A DNA stretch of 64,000 nt. It comes from Minisyncoccota bacterium (GTDB lineage: Bacteria; Patescibacteriota; Minisyncoccia; Phycocordibacterales; SW-6-46-9). The position numbers and the translations under genes were made by a program. Each line of letters begins with the position of its first letter. Within the stretch, counting starts at the first letter, position 1. The DNA lies in assembly GCA_040905385.1 (NCBI GenBank), contig JBBDRP010000002.1:459526-523525 (forward strand), read 5' to 3'. The notes under the pieces are model-generated. The model was given only the letters and a program-made list of their open reading frames with translations, did not search any database and was not told the origin of the DNA. Below, piece by piece: positions 19,776 through 29,840 of the stretch.

Positions 19776-20783
19776 TTATTCGCTAAAGGATCCCTGGTCA
19801 GCCTGGGTGTTATTCTTCAGCCGCTGGATAAACTCCTCGCGGGCCGCCGAGAGATTTGCATCATCACCGCCCCACACATCCAGTACCGGCTGCTGAATTG
19901 CCCGGGCAAACGAGAAGGCCAGCTCAAACGGTAGTGGCTCTAGCTTGGCGATTTCATTGAGATGCGCAGTTGCCTCGTCCGGCTCCTGACCACCAGAGAG
20001 AAATACCACACCAGCCATCTCCGGAGATACAGCCGACTTCAGAACACGAACCGTCTCCTCGGCAATCACTTTATCCTCGACCTCCTCGCCACTTTCTCTT
20101 CCGGGTAGCACCATCGAGGTCTTAATGATGGCCGTCCCACAATCAACGCGGAAGCGATCCATCTGGTAGCAGACCTCCTTCAGCACTGCTTCTGTTACTG
20201 CCGCCGAGCGAGCAAAGGAGTGATCACCGGCATAGATAACCTCCGGCTCTACAATCGGTACGTAACCGCGCTCCTGGGCAATCTTGGCGTAGCGGGCCAG
20301 AATGACCGCATTGGCGTGAATGGCTTCTGGTGTCGGGATATCCTCACCGATCGTGATCACCGCCCGCCACTTGGTAAAGCCGGCTCCGGAATCGCGGTAG
20401 CTTTCCAGCCGATCCCCTAGTCCATCCAGACCTTCTGTCACCACCTCACCATCGAAGCCCGGCAGCGGAACGGTGCCCAGATCAACCTTCACACCCGGAA
20501 TGATTCCCTTCTCATCAAGCAACTTTGGAAACAGCACGCCCTCGTCACTTTTCTGCTCTAGCGTTTCGGTGTACAGAATCACGCCGGAAAGGTACTCACC
20601 AATTCCTTCGGTGTTTAAAAACAGGTTACGATATCGCCGACGATTCTCTTCGGTATTCTCTAGACCAACGGAATCCAGACGCTTTCCGGCGGTGGAGTTG
20701 CTTTCATCTGCGGCCAGAATTCCCTTGCCCGGTGTCATCAGCTGCTCGGCAACATCGCACAGTTTGTTGTGATATTCATTCAT
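19776..20783 (-). CDS. fba: Class I fructose-bisphosphate aldolase
   Basis: GKGILAADES, KWRAV, PIVEPEV, FLSGGQ, FSFARA. Confidence 0.95.
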   Translation of the reverse strand: MNEYHNKLCDVAEQLMTPGKGILAADESNSTAGKRLDSVGLENTEENRRRYRNLFLNTEGIGEYLSGVILYTETLEQKSDEGVLFPKLLDEKGIIPGVKVDLGTVPLPGFDGEVVTEGLDGLGDRLESYRDSGAGFTKWRAVITIGEDIPTPEAIHANAVILARYAKIAQERGYVPIVEPEVIYAGDHSFARSAAVTEAVLKEVCYQMDRFRVDCGTAIIKTSMVLPGRESGEEVEDKVIAEETVRVLKSAVSPEMAGVVFLSGGQEPDEATAHLNEIAKLEPLPFELAFSFARAIQQPVLDVWGGDDANLSAAREEFIQRLKNNTQADQGSFSE

Positions 20784-20880
20784 TGTGCTTTTAGTATACA
20801 TCACATCCAGACTTCACAGATGTGGATATTTTCTGTCTTCTATCAGATTTTCATGCTACTTACCTCGTTATCCTCGCCGT

Positions 20881-20910
20881 GCTAAATAACTCAACCGGTT
20901 GAGTTATTTA
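20881..20910. repeat. Dispersed palindrome copy 1 (copy 2 at 42368-42399)
   Basis: gctaaataactcaaccggttgagttattta; overlaps the stop codon of 20904-21203. Confidence 0.7.
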
Positions 20911-21203
20911 ACCTCGTAGTGCACGGAGCGGCCGCTGGTACCGATTTGCTCGATTAGATCCTCGTCTTCAAGCGCATCCAGGTACCGGGTCGCCGTCGCG
21001 TGCGAGACATCCAAAAGCGCCTCGACATCATCATTAGTGATGGTGTCCCGGTCTCCTAGGTACGCAACCAGCCGCTCGAGATTATCCTCCTTCCCTGTCT
21101 GGCTGCGCTGGATCAATGATCCATCCTCACCGGCGCCACTTATCTGTAAAAATATCAGCGCACCACCAATCCCGACAATTATTCCCATGAAAAAGTAAAG
21201 CAT
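20904..21203 (-). CDS. Membrane-anchored winged-helix protein
   Basis: N-terminal TM; ITNDDVEALLDVSHATATRYLDALE...IEQIG.SGRSVHY. Confidence 0.8.
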   Translation of the reverse strand: MLYFFMGIIVGIGGALIFLQISGAGEDGSLIQRSQTGKEDNLERLVAYLGDRDTITNDDVEALLDVSHATATRYLDALEDEDLIEQIGTSGRSVHYEVK

Positions 21204-21243
21204 AACAGTTTTATTATATCAGTTTAAAAATATATTGATTTTT

Positions 21244-21764
21244 TCATTCTCCCACACTATTTGAAGTAGACTCTAGCTGATTAAACTGACTTTCATCTAA
21301 AAGAAAAGTCTGAGAGATAGTTTGAGAAATCCAGATTGGGACCAGAACCGAAGCTATTAACGCAAATACTGATACTATGATGGCAAATTTAGAAAGTTTC
21401 TTAGCTTCTTTAGATACCCTCCTTGTTAATTTTAACTCTTTATAATCAAGATACTTAAAATAAGCATCATAACTAACAATGTATTTATTATCACCAGCCC
21501 TATAATTATCCCTACAAGGTAATCCTACCAGCAAAATGGAGTTTCGATATTACTGTTATGTTCAAGAAGCTTCGTCTGTCTTGCATTTAAGTATGCACTA
21601 TGTAAATACTTTCCGATAATCTTTTTCTTCCACTCGTTAGACTCTTCTTTTAAATTTAAGGATTTAATGATTTCCATATATGTAAATCCTTCAGGATGCC
21701 TCATTCCAAATTCTATAGCACGCAGAAAAATATTCTCCTCTATTTTTTCTTCAAGATTACTCAT
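21244..21764 (-). pseudogene. Frameshifted hypothetical gene (C-terminal TM), last gene of the RM operon
   Basis: ORFs 21525-21764 and 21244-21534 overlap at a T4 run (CCA TTT TGC TGG TAG); one extra T would join them. Confidence 0.6.
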
Positions 21765-21765
21765 C

Positions 21766-24402
21766 TTAACTACTTATTACGTCATCCCATTTTTCTTCAA
21801 ACTTTTCGTTCACGTCCTCGGTATAGAATGGCATGCCGACGAGTCGATAATCTTTGTCTTCGTAAACTGTCTTCAGATCATACTCTTCTTCGATTTCTTT
21901 TAAAAATTCTTCCTTCCATTTCTCTCCTTCACGCAGGTGCTCACCTTTCGGCTCAATGAAAAGCTGATAATGCACGTCTTTCTTGCCAGAATCACGTAAA
22001 AATAGCACAAAGTCGGGCTCAAGTGGCTTACCGTCAGAAAAGCGATACAGCTGAAACAGCTTCTGATTTCTCAGCAAGTAAATCTCTTCGTACTTTTTCC
22101 GTAACTCCTGCTCAGCATCACTGATAAACTGCACCAAAGACTTCTCTTCTGATGTTCCGTAATTTTTGTCGTAGACGTACCAGTCCTTCTCATCAAGATC
22201 CATCTGATGAAGCGATTGTGACTCCCGCATTTCCACACCGCGCTGCTGATCACCAGATTCATCCAGCGATATCTTCATTTCCTTATCCTTCACAACCACC
22301 TTAATCGCCTTCGGCACAAACTTCTTTGTTCCTTTATACTCAGTAATCTCTTTCTTTACATTATCCAAAACTTGCTTCAACACCCCTTTAGCAATATCAA
22401 ACTTATCCTGCTGTGAAAGATCTCCATAGATACGCTCCTGTAACCCTTTCACAGAAACTTTAACTGAAGCCAGAAACGTATCACTAGAGATAAATTCTTC
22501 CCGGCTTACAAGCTGCGGAAAGCGCTTCTTGAGCGAATGAAAATCAAACCCCTCCAAGCTATCCATGGCCGCTCGGATAACGTGGTCACCTAGATCACTA
22601 AGCTTCATCGGTCTGCTGCTAACTTCTCGGACAACCTGATCTTCTTCAAACGCAGTCTGCTCCTGCGTATCTCCACTGTATATACGATATGAATACTCTT
22701 CAGCAGAGAAATCAAATTCATCATCGGAAAAAACATCCTCCGGCAGACGTTCACGTTTCTCATTCACCCATAAAATACCCTTCTTCCAGAACGGAGTTTT
22801 CTTTATCTCTTCTTTAACTTTTAGAAATACCTCTTTTGAATTATCTGGGATTATTCCTACATCCTTAAGTGCCTGCTTCAGCTCTGAAATATATCTCACA
22901 TTCGAAGCACTATGATAATGTAACTCCTCTAAAATCCGCAAATCATTATTAATATCTTCATCATATTTACGCCTTCCTCTTTCTTGATCTTTGTCGACTT
23001 GAAATGGGTAATAACGAGCCCCCCGACCAATCAGCTGTGCTTCCTGGACTGTAGTTTGTCCAGGAACACCCTCTCTCGCATCACGACTGTCATAAAGTCG
23101 AACAATGTCGAAAAGATTCAAAACATCCCAACCTTCATTAAGTGCCTCCACAGCAAAAACTACTCTGATTTCGTTATCTTCATCCTCAAGCGAGTTGATA
23201 ACTATCTGCTTTTCCCCTTTGTCTTTTTTTGTATCTGAATCTACAGAAATAGCTCTCTCTTCCCCAAACTCAACCTTTAATTCTTTTATCAAGTTTCCTA
23301 ATGCAACATTTTGTTCATTAAAATAAACAAAAGCTTCTTCAACAACCCCATCTGCCTTATTTCTTATTTCTTGTAAATCCTTGACAGTCAATTTATTCAA
23401 TTTTTCGTAGAATTTTTTTCTAAACTCAGATGAAACTACTTTAGTCTTAGGATCAGGAGTTGTAGGCGTATTTACATAGTTTGACTTAAACATCACTACC
23501 GGCTTAAGTGCAATTCCATGATCTTCCGCTACCTTACGTCTATACTGACTTACGACAATTGCCTGCAATGCTCGCTTAATTGCAGGTAAATCAGTTTGTA
23601 GTAACTGAATTTCTTTAGAAAATTTATCGATACGAAACTCCTTAAGAGAGTATCGAAATAATAACTTATCCTCATACTTCTCCGCTACAGATGAATGAGA
23701 TAAATTGGCGGTTGCAGTAAATTCCAACAAAATATTTTCCTTATTTAAATTAAGTATTTCAATAACAGTACCCTCCCAAGACCTCTCTTCTTTTTCTTCT
23801 TTTTTGGTCAACTTAGACTTCGTTAAAGCATCGAGATTATGTGCCTCATCTGCAATTAAAGCTGTTTTACTTCTGCTTAATTCATCAAAAGTTATTTCAT
23901 TCTCTTTAGGGAAATGACGCCTTCTATGTAAAGAAGATGTTGTAGTAAAGATAATATTGATATCATCCTTATTTACGCCTTCAAAATTATCAACTGATTG
24001 AATGTTAATATGCTTGCCATCGATCACGATTTGGTCATTAAAAAGATATTTATTTCCCGCAGAATTCAAGAAATTTTCCTTTGTCTTCTCAATAATATTC
24101 CCAAGTCGAGTAAAAAAGATAAAGTTTCGGTAGCCTCGCTTGTAGAGCTGGAGAATATTTGCCGCCATGACGAGCGTCTTTCCCGACCCTGTCGCCATCT
24201 CATACAAAAGTTGAGTCGGCTTCTGACGCAGATTTTCGTGATCCATATAGAAATCAAAGCGACCTATCGCCTCCTTCTGATACTTCCGCAGTTCAAAGTC
24301 AGACCGGAGATTATCTGCTACCACATCACCAACCCGTGATGTGAAGATATCCGGACCTTCTATATCATGATAGCTATTCAGTTTTTCATTCAATGTTGGC
24401 AT
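21766..24402 (-). CDS. res: Type III restriction endonuclease Res subunit
   Basis: MATGSGKT, DEAH, FTAT, LNEGWDV, QLIGRGAR; C-terminal PDF...IEPKG nuclease. Confidence 0.92.
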   Translation of the reverse strand: MPTLNEKLNSYHDIEGPDIFTSRVGDVVADNLRSDFELRKYQKEAIGRFDFYMDHENLRQKPTQLLYEMATGSGKTLVMAANILQLYKRGYRNFIFFTRLGNIIEKTKENFLNSAGNKYLFNDQIVIDGKHINIQSVDNFEGVNKDDINIIFTTTSSLHRRRHFPKENEITFDELSRSKTALIADEAHNLDALTKSKLTKKEEKEERSWEGTVIEILNLNKENILLEFTATANLSHSSVAEKYEDKLLFRYSLKEFRIDKFSKEIQLLQTDLPAIKRALQAIVVSQYRRKVAEDHGIALKPVVMFKSNYVNTPTTPDPKTKVVSSEFRKKFYEKLNKLTVKDLQEIRNKADGVVEEAFVYFNEQNVALGNLIKELKVEFGEERAISVDSDTKKDKGEKQIVINSLEDEDNEIRVVFAVEALNEGWDVLNLFDIVRLYDSRDAREGVPGQTTVQEAQLIGRGARYYPFQVDKDQERGRRKYDEDINNDLRILEELHYHSASNVRYISELKQALKDVGIIPDNSKEVFLKVKEEIKKTPFWKKGILWVNEKRERLPEDVFSDDEFDFSAEEYSYRIYSGDTQEQTAFEEDQVVREVSSRPMKLSDLGDHVIRAAMDSLEGFDFHSLKKRFPQLVSREEFISSDTFLASVKVSVKGLQERIYGDLSQQDKFDIAKGVLKQVLDNVKKEITEYKGTKKFVPKAIKVVVKDKEMKISLDESGDQQRGVEMRESQSLHQMDLDEKDWYVYDKNYGTSEEKSLVQFISDAEQELRKKYEEIYLLRNQKLFQLYRFSDGKPLEPDFVLFLRDSGKKDVHYQLFIEPKGEHLREGEKWKEEFLKEIEEEYDLKTVYEDKDYRLVGMPFYTEDVNEKFEEKWDDVISS

Positions 24403-24412
24403 GGCTACGTAT

Positions 24413-25900
24413 TTAATTTCTTCGATAATTCACTTTAATAATAGGTTTATATCCTGCATTTTGAACCTCTTTTTTCCAATCGACTAATTTCATTAGAAAA
24501 ATAAGTGACTTAGTATCCGAAATGTTTTCTAGATCTTTCTTTTTATCTAAAACTATCCAAAGGCAAATATTCTTCACTTGCTTTTTTTGACCGTCAATTT
24601 CTATTTCATTATCATTGTGTTGTAACAACCTTAATGTATTCATCGATTGATCTACTACATAATTCATCTTTCCAGTTTGACCCACTTTGACAAAGTATAT
24701 TGTTTCACCTTTGTATAAATCCATCTTTTCAACTGAATACCTATCGCCAATTTGCTCTACAGTAGTGTGAGTGCTTAGATAATCATTATTCTCAAGCATT
24801 TCTATGAATTCATCCTCTCCTACTCCTGAAGATATATCATGTTCTGCGCCATACTCTAGGTCGATTTTATCAACTTCACTTTTTAAGGAATCTAAGTAAG
24901 ACTCATTAAATTTGTACCACCTTCCGTCAACCAAACAATTGCGTTCATCGTCAGAATAATCGAGTAATTCTTTTATGGATTTTGTAAACTGATTTCCAGT
25001 ATCTTTAAATACTTTCACTTTAATCTTTGAAAAATCACGAGGTATTTCCATATCATTAGATGACACAAAGTCCTGTAAATCTTTTATACTGATGTCACCA
25101 GCCTCTGACTCATTAACCTCCTGATAAACTTTATATAATTTATATCTATAATCTGACTGAAAAATAAAATTAACTCCCAAAACAGAGAATTCATCCATAG
25201 AAATATCTGCTTCCATGATTTTTTCCGCCAGTTTCTTATCTAGTTCTTCTATTTCACGTTCTTCCGTTATCTTTTGTGCTCTAGGAATGGAAAAAATCGG
25301 ATCCTTTTTTAGGTCCTTTCTAATATTATCTAAAACTTCAGGAAGTTCTATTAATGTAATATCGAGGCTGAATTTAGCAGAAGTTCCACAATGCACCTTA
25401 CTTCCATACTTTTCTTCATCATCTGGAATGCCTTTTAAATACCCTATAGACTCTCCACTATCAAACGTAATTATAGACTCAGAAATATAGCTGGTAATAG
25501 TCTTGCTTTTGATGCTCTTATAAAACTTTGAGTTTTTCATCTTTATCGACTCCGGATCAAGTATTCTTTCTGCAAAATTCAAACCGAAGTCCGGATCGCA
25601 AAACTGCTGTAAATAAAAATATGTTTTACCAAAAGAGACCACATAATACTCATCTTCTTTTTCAGCAACAAGAGCTCCGAATTGGGATTTATTTTTGTAA
25701 TCCCCCTGATCTTCAAGGAAATCTTCACATAAATCAAGCCACCATACCTCACTGGGATCCGGGTTCTTTGAGATGTAGAAAGTCATGGAATATCCTCCCA
25801 GATTGTTATTTTTTTGTTTTTTAAGACCTACTTTAGAAAACTTTTTAAATAAATCCTGTATATTCTCTTCTGAAATTTTGTATATATTAAATGTTGCCAT
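24413..25900 (-). CDS. DUF6119/TIGR04141-like protein, probable C-terminal PD-(D/E)xK nuclease
   Basis: FNIYKI, VVSFGK...DFGLNFAER, DGRWY.F...Y, VEKMDL...FVK pattern. Confidence 0.65.
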   Translation of the reverse strand: MATFNIYKISEENIQDLFKKFSKVGLKKQKNNNLGGYSMTFYISKNPDPSEVWWLDLCEDFLEDQGDYKNKSQFGALVAEKEDEYYVVSFGKTYFYLQQFCDPDFGLNFAERILDPESIKMKNSKFYKSIKSKTITSYISESIITFDSGESIGYLKGIPDDEEKYGSKVHCGTSAKFSLDITLIELPEVLDNIRKDLKKDPIFSIPRAQKITEEREIEELDKKLAEKIMEADISMDEFSVLGVNFIFQSDYRYKLYKVYQEVNESEAGDISIKDLQDFVSSNDMEIPRDFSKIKVKVFKDTGNQFTKSIKELLDYSDDERNCLVDGRWYKFNESYLDSLKSEVDKIDLEYGAEHDISSGVGEDEFIEMLENNDYLSTHTTVEQIGDRYSVEKMDLYKGETIYFVKVGQTGKMNYVVDQSMNTLRLLQHNDNEIEIDGQKKQVKNICLWIVLDKKKDLENISDTKSLIFLMKLVDWKKEVQNAGYKPIIKVNYRRN

Positions 25901-27845
25901 AAAATTCTTTATTTAGATCTTTGTCATCCTCACTGATTTCATATCGTTTATCAGCGATATCGCCATAGTTTACGTAGAGGTGGTTGTTATCAAGCACATC
26001 TAGGAGGAACTTTTGCATGTCTTCTTTAAGAAGATCATTGAAGCTTTCAGCTTCCTCATTGATTTTCTCCAGGTCAACCTGCCAGGAGAGAAAGCCGTTC
26101 TCCTGGATCTCCTTCCAGATCTTCTTAAGCTCAGATACCTTGGCTGACTTTATCTGCTCGCGATACTCCTGATTCGATTTTGCAAGCTCAGCGAATACAA
26201 CATCACCGCCACCCTCCCACTGAACATCAGAAGATACACCGCTCTCCTCTCCTTCAATTACATTCTTAAGACGAGATCTCATCTTTTTTATATGGCTACT
26301 TAATTGCTCCACCATAATATATTTACGAGACATTTTGTGAGCAACAGCACCAGTTGTTCCAGATCCTGCAAAAAAGTCCATTACAATGTCACCCTCATCG
26401 GTAGCCAAATCTATAATTCTTTTTAAAAGCTTTTCTGGCTTTTTCCCAAACCTTAGGTCAACTCCTCCTTCGTTTGCTAGATTATTGATACCGATATCAG
26501 TCCATATATCACCAAGTGCTTCGACTGGAGTTTTTTTACCTCTTATAGTTTGCACCTTATCTGCAGCAAATACCACATCCTCTCCCTTATAAACAAAGTA
26601 ATATGAATCATCTAAATTTGTCACTTTGGAAAACTTATCACTAGGCAAATTTGAATAATCTGCACCTCTATTACGAGCTGTTCGAAATATCTTATCGGCA
26701 TTATCTAATTTAAACTGATTCACCTGAGACTCATTATTTGAATCTATGTCTGCACGCTTTATTGCTTGATTTAATGTGATTATCTCCCATTTTTCACAGT
26801 CTTTTTCATTAAACCCTTTTTTATTAATAAAAGAAGTGTATCTATCAAGCGCATCATCCCAAGATGCAGGGCTGTATTGAGGTGTGATTTGTGGATTATC
26901 TGACTTTGAATACATTAGTATATATTCTTTTATTTTAGGAATTTTTTTATCCTTATGAGCCATTTTTACACCACTTAAATAAGACATTTGAACGCAAATA
27001 TTTGTCTGAAAAGATTTTCTCTGAAACACTTCATCACATAAATTCTTTAAATAACTTTGTTCAATGTCATCTATTTGTATAAATATAAATCCATCATCCG
27101 AAAGAAGTTTATCAGCCACATCTAATCTATTCCTCATAAATGTTAGCCAAGTAGAGTGATTAAAGCTATCATTATAAGAGAAGTTGTCTCTATCTGTGTT
27201 GTAAGGTGGATCAATATAAATAAGCTTCACCTTGCCCGCAAAACGCTCTTTGAGTGAATGTAGCGCCAGCAGGTTATTGCCCTGGAGAACAAGATTCTCC
27301 TCCAGATTACCCTTATCATCTTCCTTCAGCTCCTCAACCTCATGCTCGCCGTCTTTGTCGATTCGCTGCCAGTCTGTGAGTGCCTTTGGTTCGAAAAGGC
27401 GGCGGATCTCATCCGGAGCCAGAGTTTCGTTCCAGAAGATTTCATCACGCTTGGCGTCTTCTTTGGTCTGTCCACCTTCAAGCACGCAGTCTTTGTATGG
27501 CCAGGAGAGCACAACTTCGTTTGAGCGGGAGATAAAGTCGCCGCGATCATTTGTCAGCCCGATCTTGTTTTTGAAGCTTGTGTAGCTGTCGGGGAGAAAA
27601 TCCTTGTTGTGTACAAAAGAGGTGAAGGCATCGACATCAAAAATAGTCGTATCACCGATATCTTTAAAGAACCGCTCCTTTGTCGCCTTATTTTTCAAGA
27701 GTAGCGTAATTAGATCCTCATCAAGCTTTCGCGCCAGCTCGGCAACCTTATTCTTCAGAAGTTTGTCATCCTCAGACACCAGCCGCTCATCCTGGCGGAG
27801 GATATCCTTAATCTCATTCATTGATTGTTTCTGTGATTGCGGCAT
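25887..27845 (-). CDS. mod: Type III RM adenine methyltransferase Mod subunit
   Basis: GNNLLAL, IYIDPPYN, KPEKLL, DFFAGSGTT. Confidence 0.95.
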   Translation of the reverse strand: MPQSQKQSMNEIKDILRQDERLVSEDDKLLKNKVAELARKLDEDLITLLLKNKATKERFFKDIGDTTIFDVDAFTSFVHNKDFLPDSYTSFKNKIGLTNDRGDFISRSNEVVLSWPYKDCVLEGGQTKEDAKRDEIFWNETLAPDEIRRLFEPKALTDWQRIDKDGEHEVEELKEDDKGNLEENLVLQGNNLLALHSLKERFAGKVKLIYIDPPYNTDRDNFSYNDSFNHSTWLTFMRNRLDVADKLLSDDGFIFIQIDDIEQSYLKNLCDEVFQRKSFQTNICVQMSYLSGVKMAHKDKKIPKIKEYILMYSKSDNPQITPQYSPASWDDALDRYTSFINKKGFNEKDCEKWEIITLNQAIKRADIDSNNESQVNQFKLDNADKIFRTARNRGADYSNLPSDKFSKVTNLDDSYYFVYKGEDVVFAADKVQTIRGKKTPVEALGDIWTDIGINNLANEGGVDLRFGKKPEKLLKRIIDLATDEGDIVMDFFAGSGTTGAVAHKMSRKYIMVEQLSSHIKKMRSRLKNVIEGEESGVSSDVQWEGGGDVVFAELAKSNQEYREQIKSAKVSELKKIWKEIQENGFLSWQVDLEKINEEAESFNDLLKEDMQKFLLDVLDNNHLYVNYGDIADKRYEISEDDKDLNKEFYGNI

Positions 27846-27847
27846 AT

Positions 27848-28984
27848 TTATTCGCTAAAGGCTTTAAGATAGCGCTTGTACTCGAAGCGACGATCGTAGT
27901 TTTTATCTTTGTCTTGTTGCTCTAGTATACCAATATCAACTAATACATCCACAAGCTCGTTGGCAGTTGTTCGTGATAAACCAGTCCAGCTCTCTACTTT
28001 TTTTACACTCACGATCGGCAGCTCATACAGCTTGTTTAGCACAGTTGTTGCATTATCAGCCCGGCGACCGAGCGACTCGGCTTTTTCGAGGTCTTCTTTG
28101 CGAATTTCATGAATAGTGCGCGCAGTTTTAATAGCATCTTCAGATACTTCGGCAATACCACGCAAGAAAAACCGTAACCATGACACGAAATCACCGTCAT
28201 TATGATAGCGGTTAATCAAATCAAAATACCCTTCGCGGTGTTTGCGTAGGTATGCTGATAAATACAATACCGGCTTGTCCAAAAGCTCGAGCTGACACAG
28301 ATAAAATGTAACAAGTAGCCGACCAACCCGCCCGTTGCCGTCAAGAAACGGGTGAATTGTCTCGAACTGAGCATGAGCCAGTGCGGTTTTAACAAGTGGA
28401 GAAGTAACATCATCAGCATGGAGAAATTCTTCTAGGTCACTCATGGCATCTCCAATATGGTCAGCTGGAGGCGGTACAAATTTAGCAGTATCAGGTGAGT
28501 TACCGCCGATCCAGTTCTGACTGGTGCGAAATCTTCCTGGTGTTTTTCCTTTTCCGTCCTCTGTCCCCTCCATCAAAGTTTTGTGGATTTCTTTTATCAA
28601 ACGACTTGATAGCGGCAGATCAGACAATTTACCCAACCCCTCATTCATTGCCTGAATGTACTTACTAATGTTCTCGACATCTTTAGGAATATCTCCCTCA
28701 ACATCAGCATCGACTTTAATAGAGTCGGCCATAGTTGCCATGGTGCCTTCAATCTCAGCAGAATAAGCTGCCTCTTTTCGTACGTACATAAAAATGAAAA
28801 AATCAAGATCTGGAAGAACCTGTGTAATGCCGTCTAACTTACCAAGCGAAAAAAATGCGCGGTCATGCAAAGACTGTAAATCTTCATCAAGAGTAGGAAG
28901 ATTCTTGGGTGGAAACTTTTTAGGTACAAACGCCGTGTACCCTTGGGGTTGTTTGATAAATGTGCCGATATCCATAACATTCAA
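27848..28984 (-). CDS. fic: Fic family protein (Fic_N + Fic + wHTH)
   Basis: SAEIEGT inhibitory-helix motif, HPFLDGNGRVGR catalytic motif. Confidence 0.93.
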   Translation of the reverse strand: MNVMDIGTFIKQPQGYTAFVPKKFPPKNLPTLDEDLQSLHDRAFFSLGKLDGITQVLPDLDFFIFMYVRKEAAYSAEIEGTMATMADSIKVDADVEGDIPKDVENISKYIQAMNEGLGKLSDLPLSSRLIKEIHKTLMEGTEDGKGKTPGRFRTSQNWIGGNSPDTAKFVPPPADHIGDAMSDLEEFLHADDVTSPLVKTALAHAQFETIHPFLDGNGRVGRLLVTFYLCQLELLDKPVLYLSAYLRKHREGYFDLINRYHNDGDFVSWLRFFLRGIAEVSEDAIKTARTIHEIRKEDLEKAESLGRRADNATTVLNKLYELPIVSVKKVESWTGLSRTTANELVDVLVDIGILEQQDKDKNYDRRFEYKRYLKAFSE

Positions 28985-28989
28985 TGTTT

Positions 28990-29046
28990 ACTTGTTAGGA
29001 TTATAGCACTAAAACCTAACAAGTGCAAAGGGGTTGTTAGGTTTTA
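28990..29046 (-). promoter_or_regulatory. fic promoter flanked by three CCTAACAA operator half-sites
   Basis: TTGCAC-17-TATAAT on the minus strand; inverted repeats acttgttagg/cctaacaagt and taaaacctaacaa/ttgttaggtttta. Confidence 0.6.
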
Positions 29047-29047
29047 A

Positions 29048-29683
29048 TCACGTTACACTCTCCCACTCTGATTCAGATACAATAACGTGATCAACTAACG
29101 AAATACCTAAAATTTCCCCGGCTTTTTTGAGCTTTTTAGTTATTTCCTTGTCTTCCTGTGATGGCGTAGTGTCTCCCGACGGATGATTATGCGCCAGGAT
29201 TATACTGGACGCCCGATCGGTCACCGCATCAGCAAAGACTTCTCGTGGGTGCACCAAGCTTGCATCAAGTGTACCAACAGAGATCGTGCGCTGACTGATA
29301 ACGCGCCCGGCGCCATCAAGGCTGATGGCTTGTAAGTATTCTCGCTTTTTATTGCGGATATCTGAAAGCAATGGTAAGACATCTTTTGCTTTCTGAATGC
29401 GGGTCACGTCCTCGCGCACAAAGCGATTCGCGATTTCTAGCGATGCCAAGATGCGCGATGCACTGGCTGAACCAACGCCTTTTATCTCCAAAAGCGCATC
29501 TAATGTAATAGCATCTGTGCCACTTTCTAGTTTTTCTAAAATGGCTTCGGCGATATCTGCCACCAGCGAGCCAGGAACACCGCTACCAACGACAATTTGC
29601 AAAAGCTCTGCATCCGACAGTGCTTTTACACCCTTTGCTTCAAGCTTTTCACGAGGGCGATCAACTTTTGGAACATCCTTCAT
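29048..29683 (-). CDS. radC: RadC/UPF0758 JAB-domain protein
   Basis: RPREKL...LSDAELL, HhH, VHPREVF, AHNHPSGD..PS.ED, DHVIV. Confidence 0.93.
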   Translation of the reverse strand: MKDVPKVDRPREKLEAKGVKALSDAELLQIVVGSGVPGSLVADIAEAILEKLESGTDAITLDALLEIKGVGSASASRILASLEIANRFVREDVTRIQKAKDVLPLLSDIRNKKREYLQAISLDGAGRVISQRTISVGTLDASLVHPREVFADAVTDRASSIILAHNHPSGDTTPSQEDKEITKKLKKAGEILGISLVDHVIVSESEWESVT

Positions 29684-29840
29684 GTTATTTAAATCTTACC
29701 ATCCACACCACCCGAAACGAAGCGGGGTAATGCGCAAAGCAGCCACCACTCTCCTGCTTGTCTCGGTCGGTCTCACTAATTGGTTGCCTTTTAGCGACTC
29801 GAAACAATGTTAATTGTGTCCAGCCTCAACACCTGTCATA

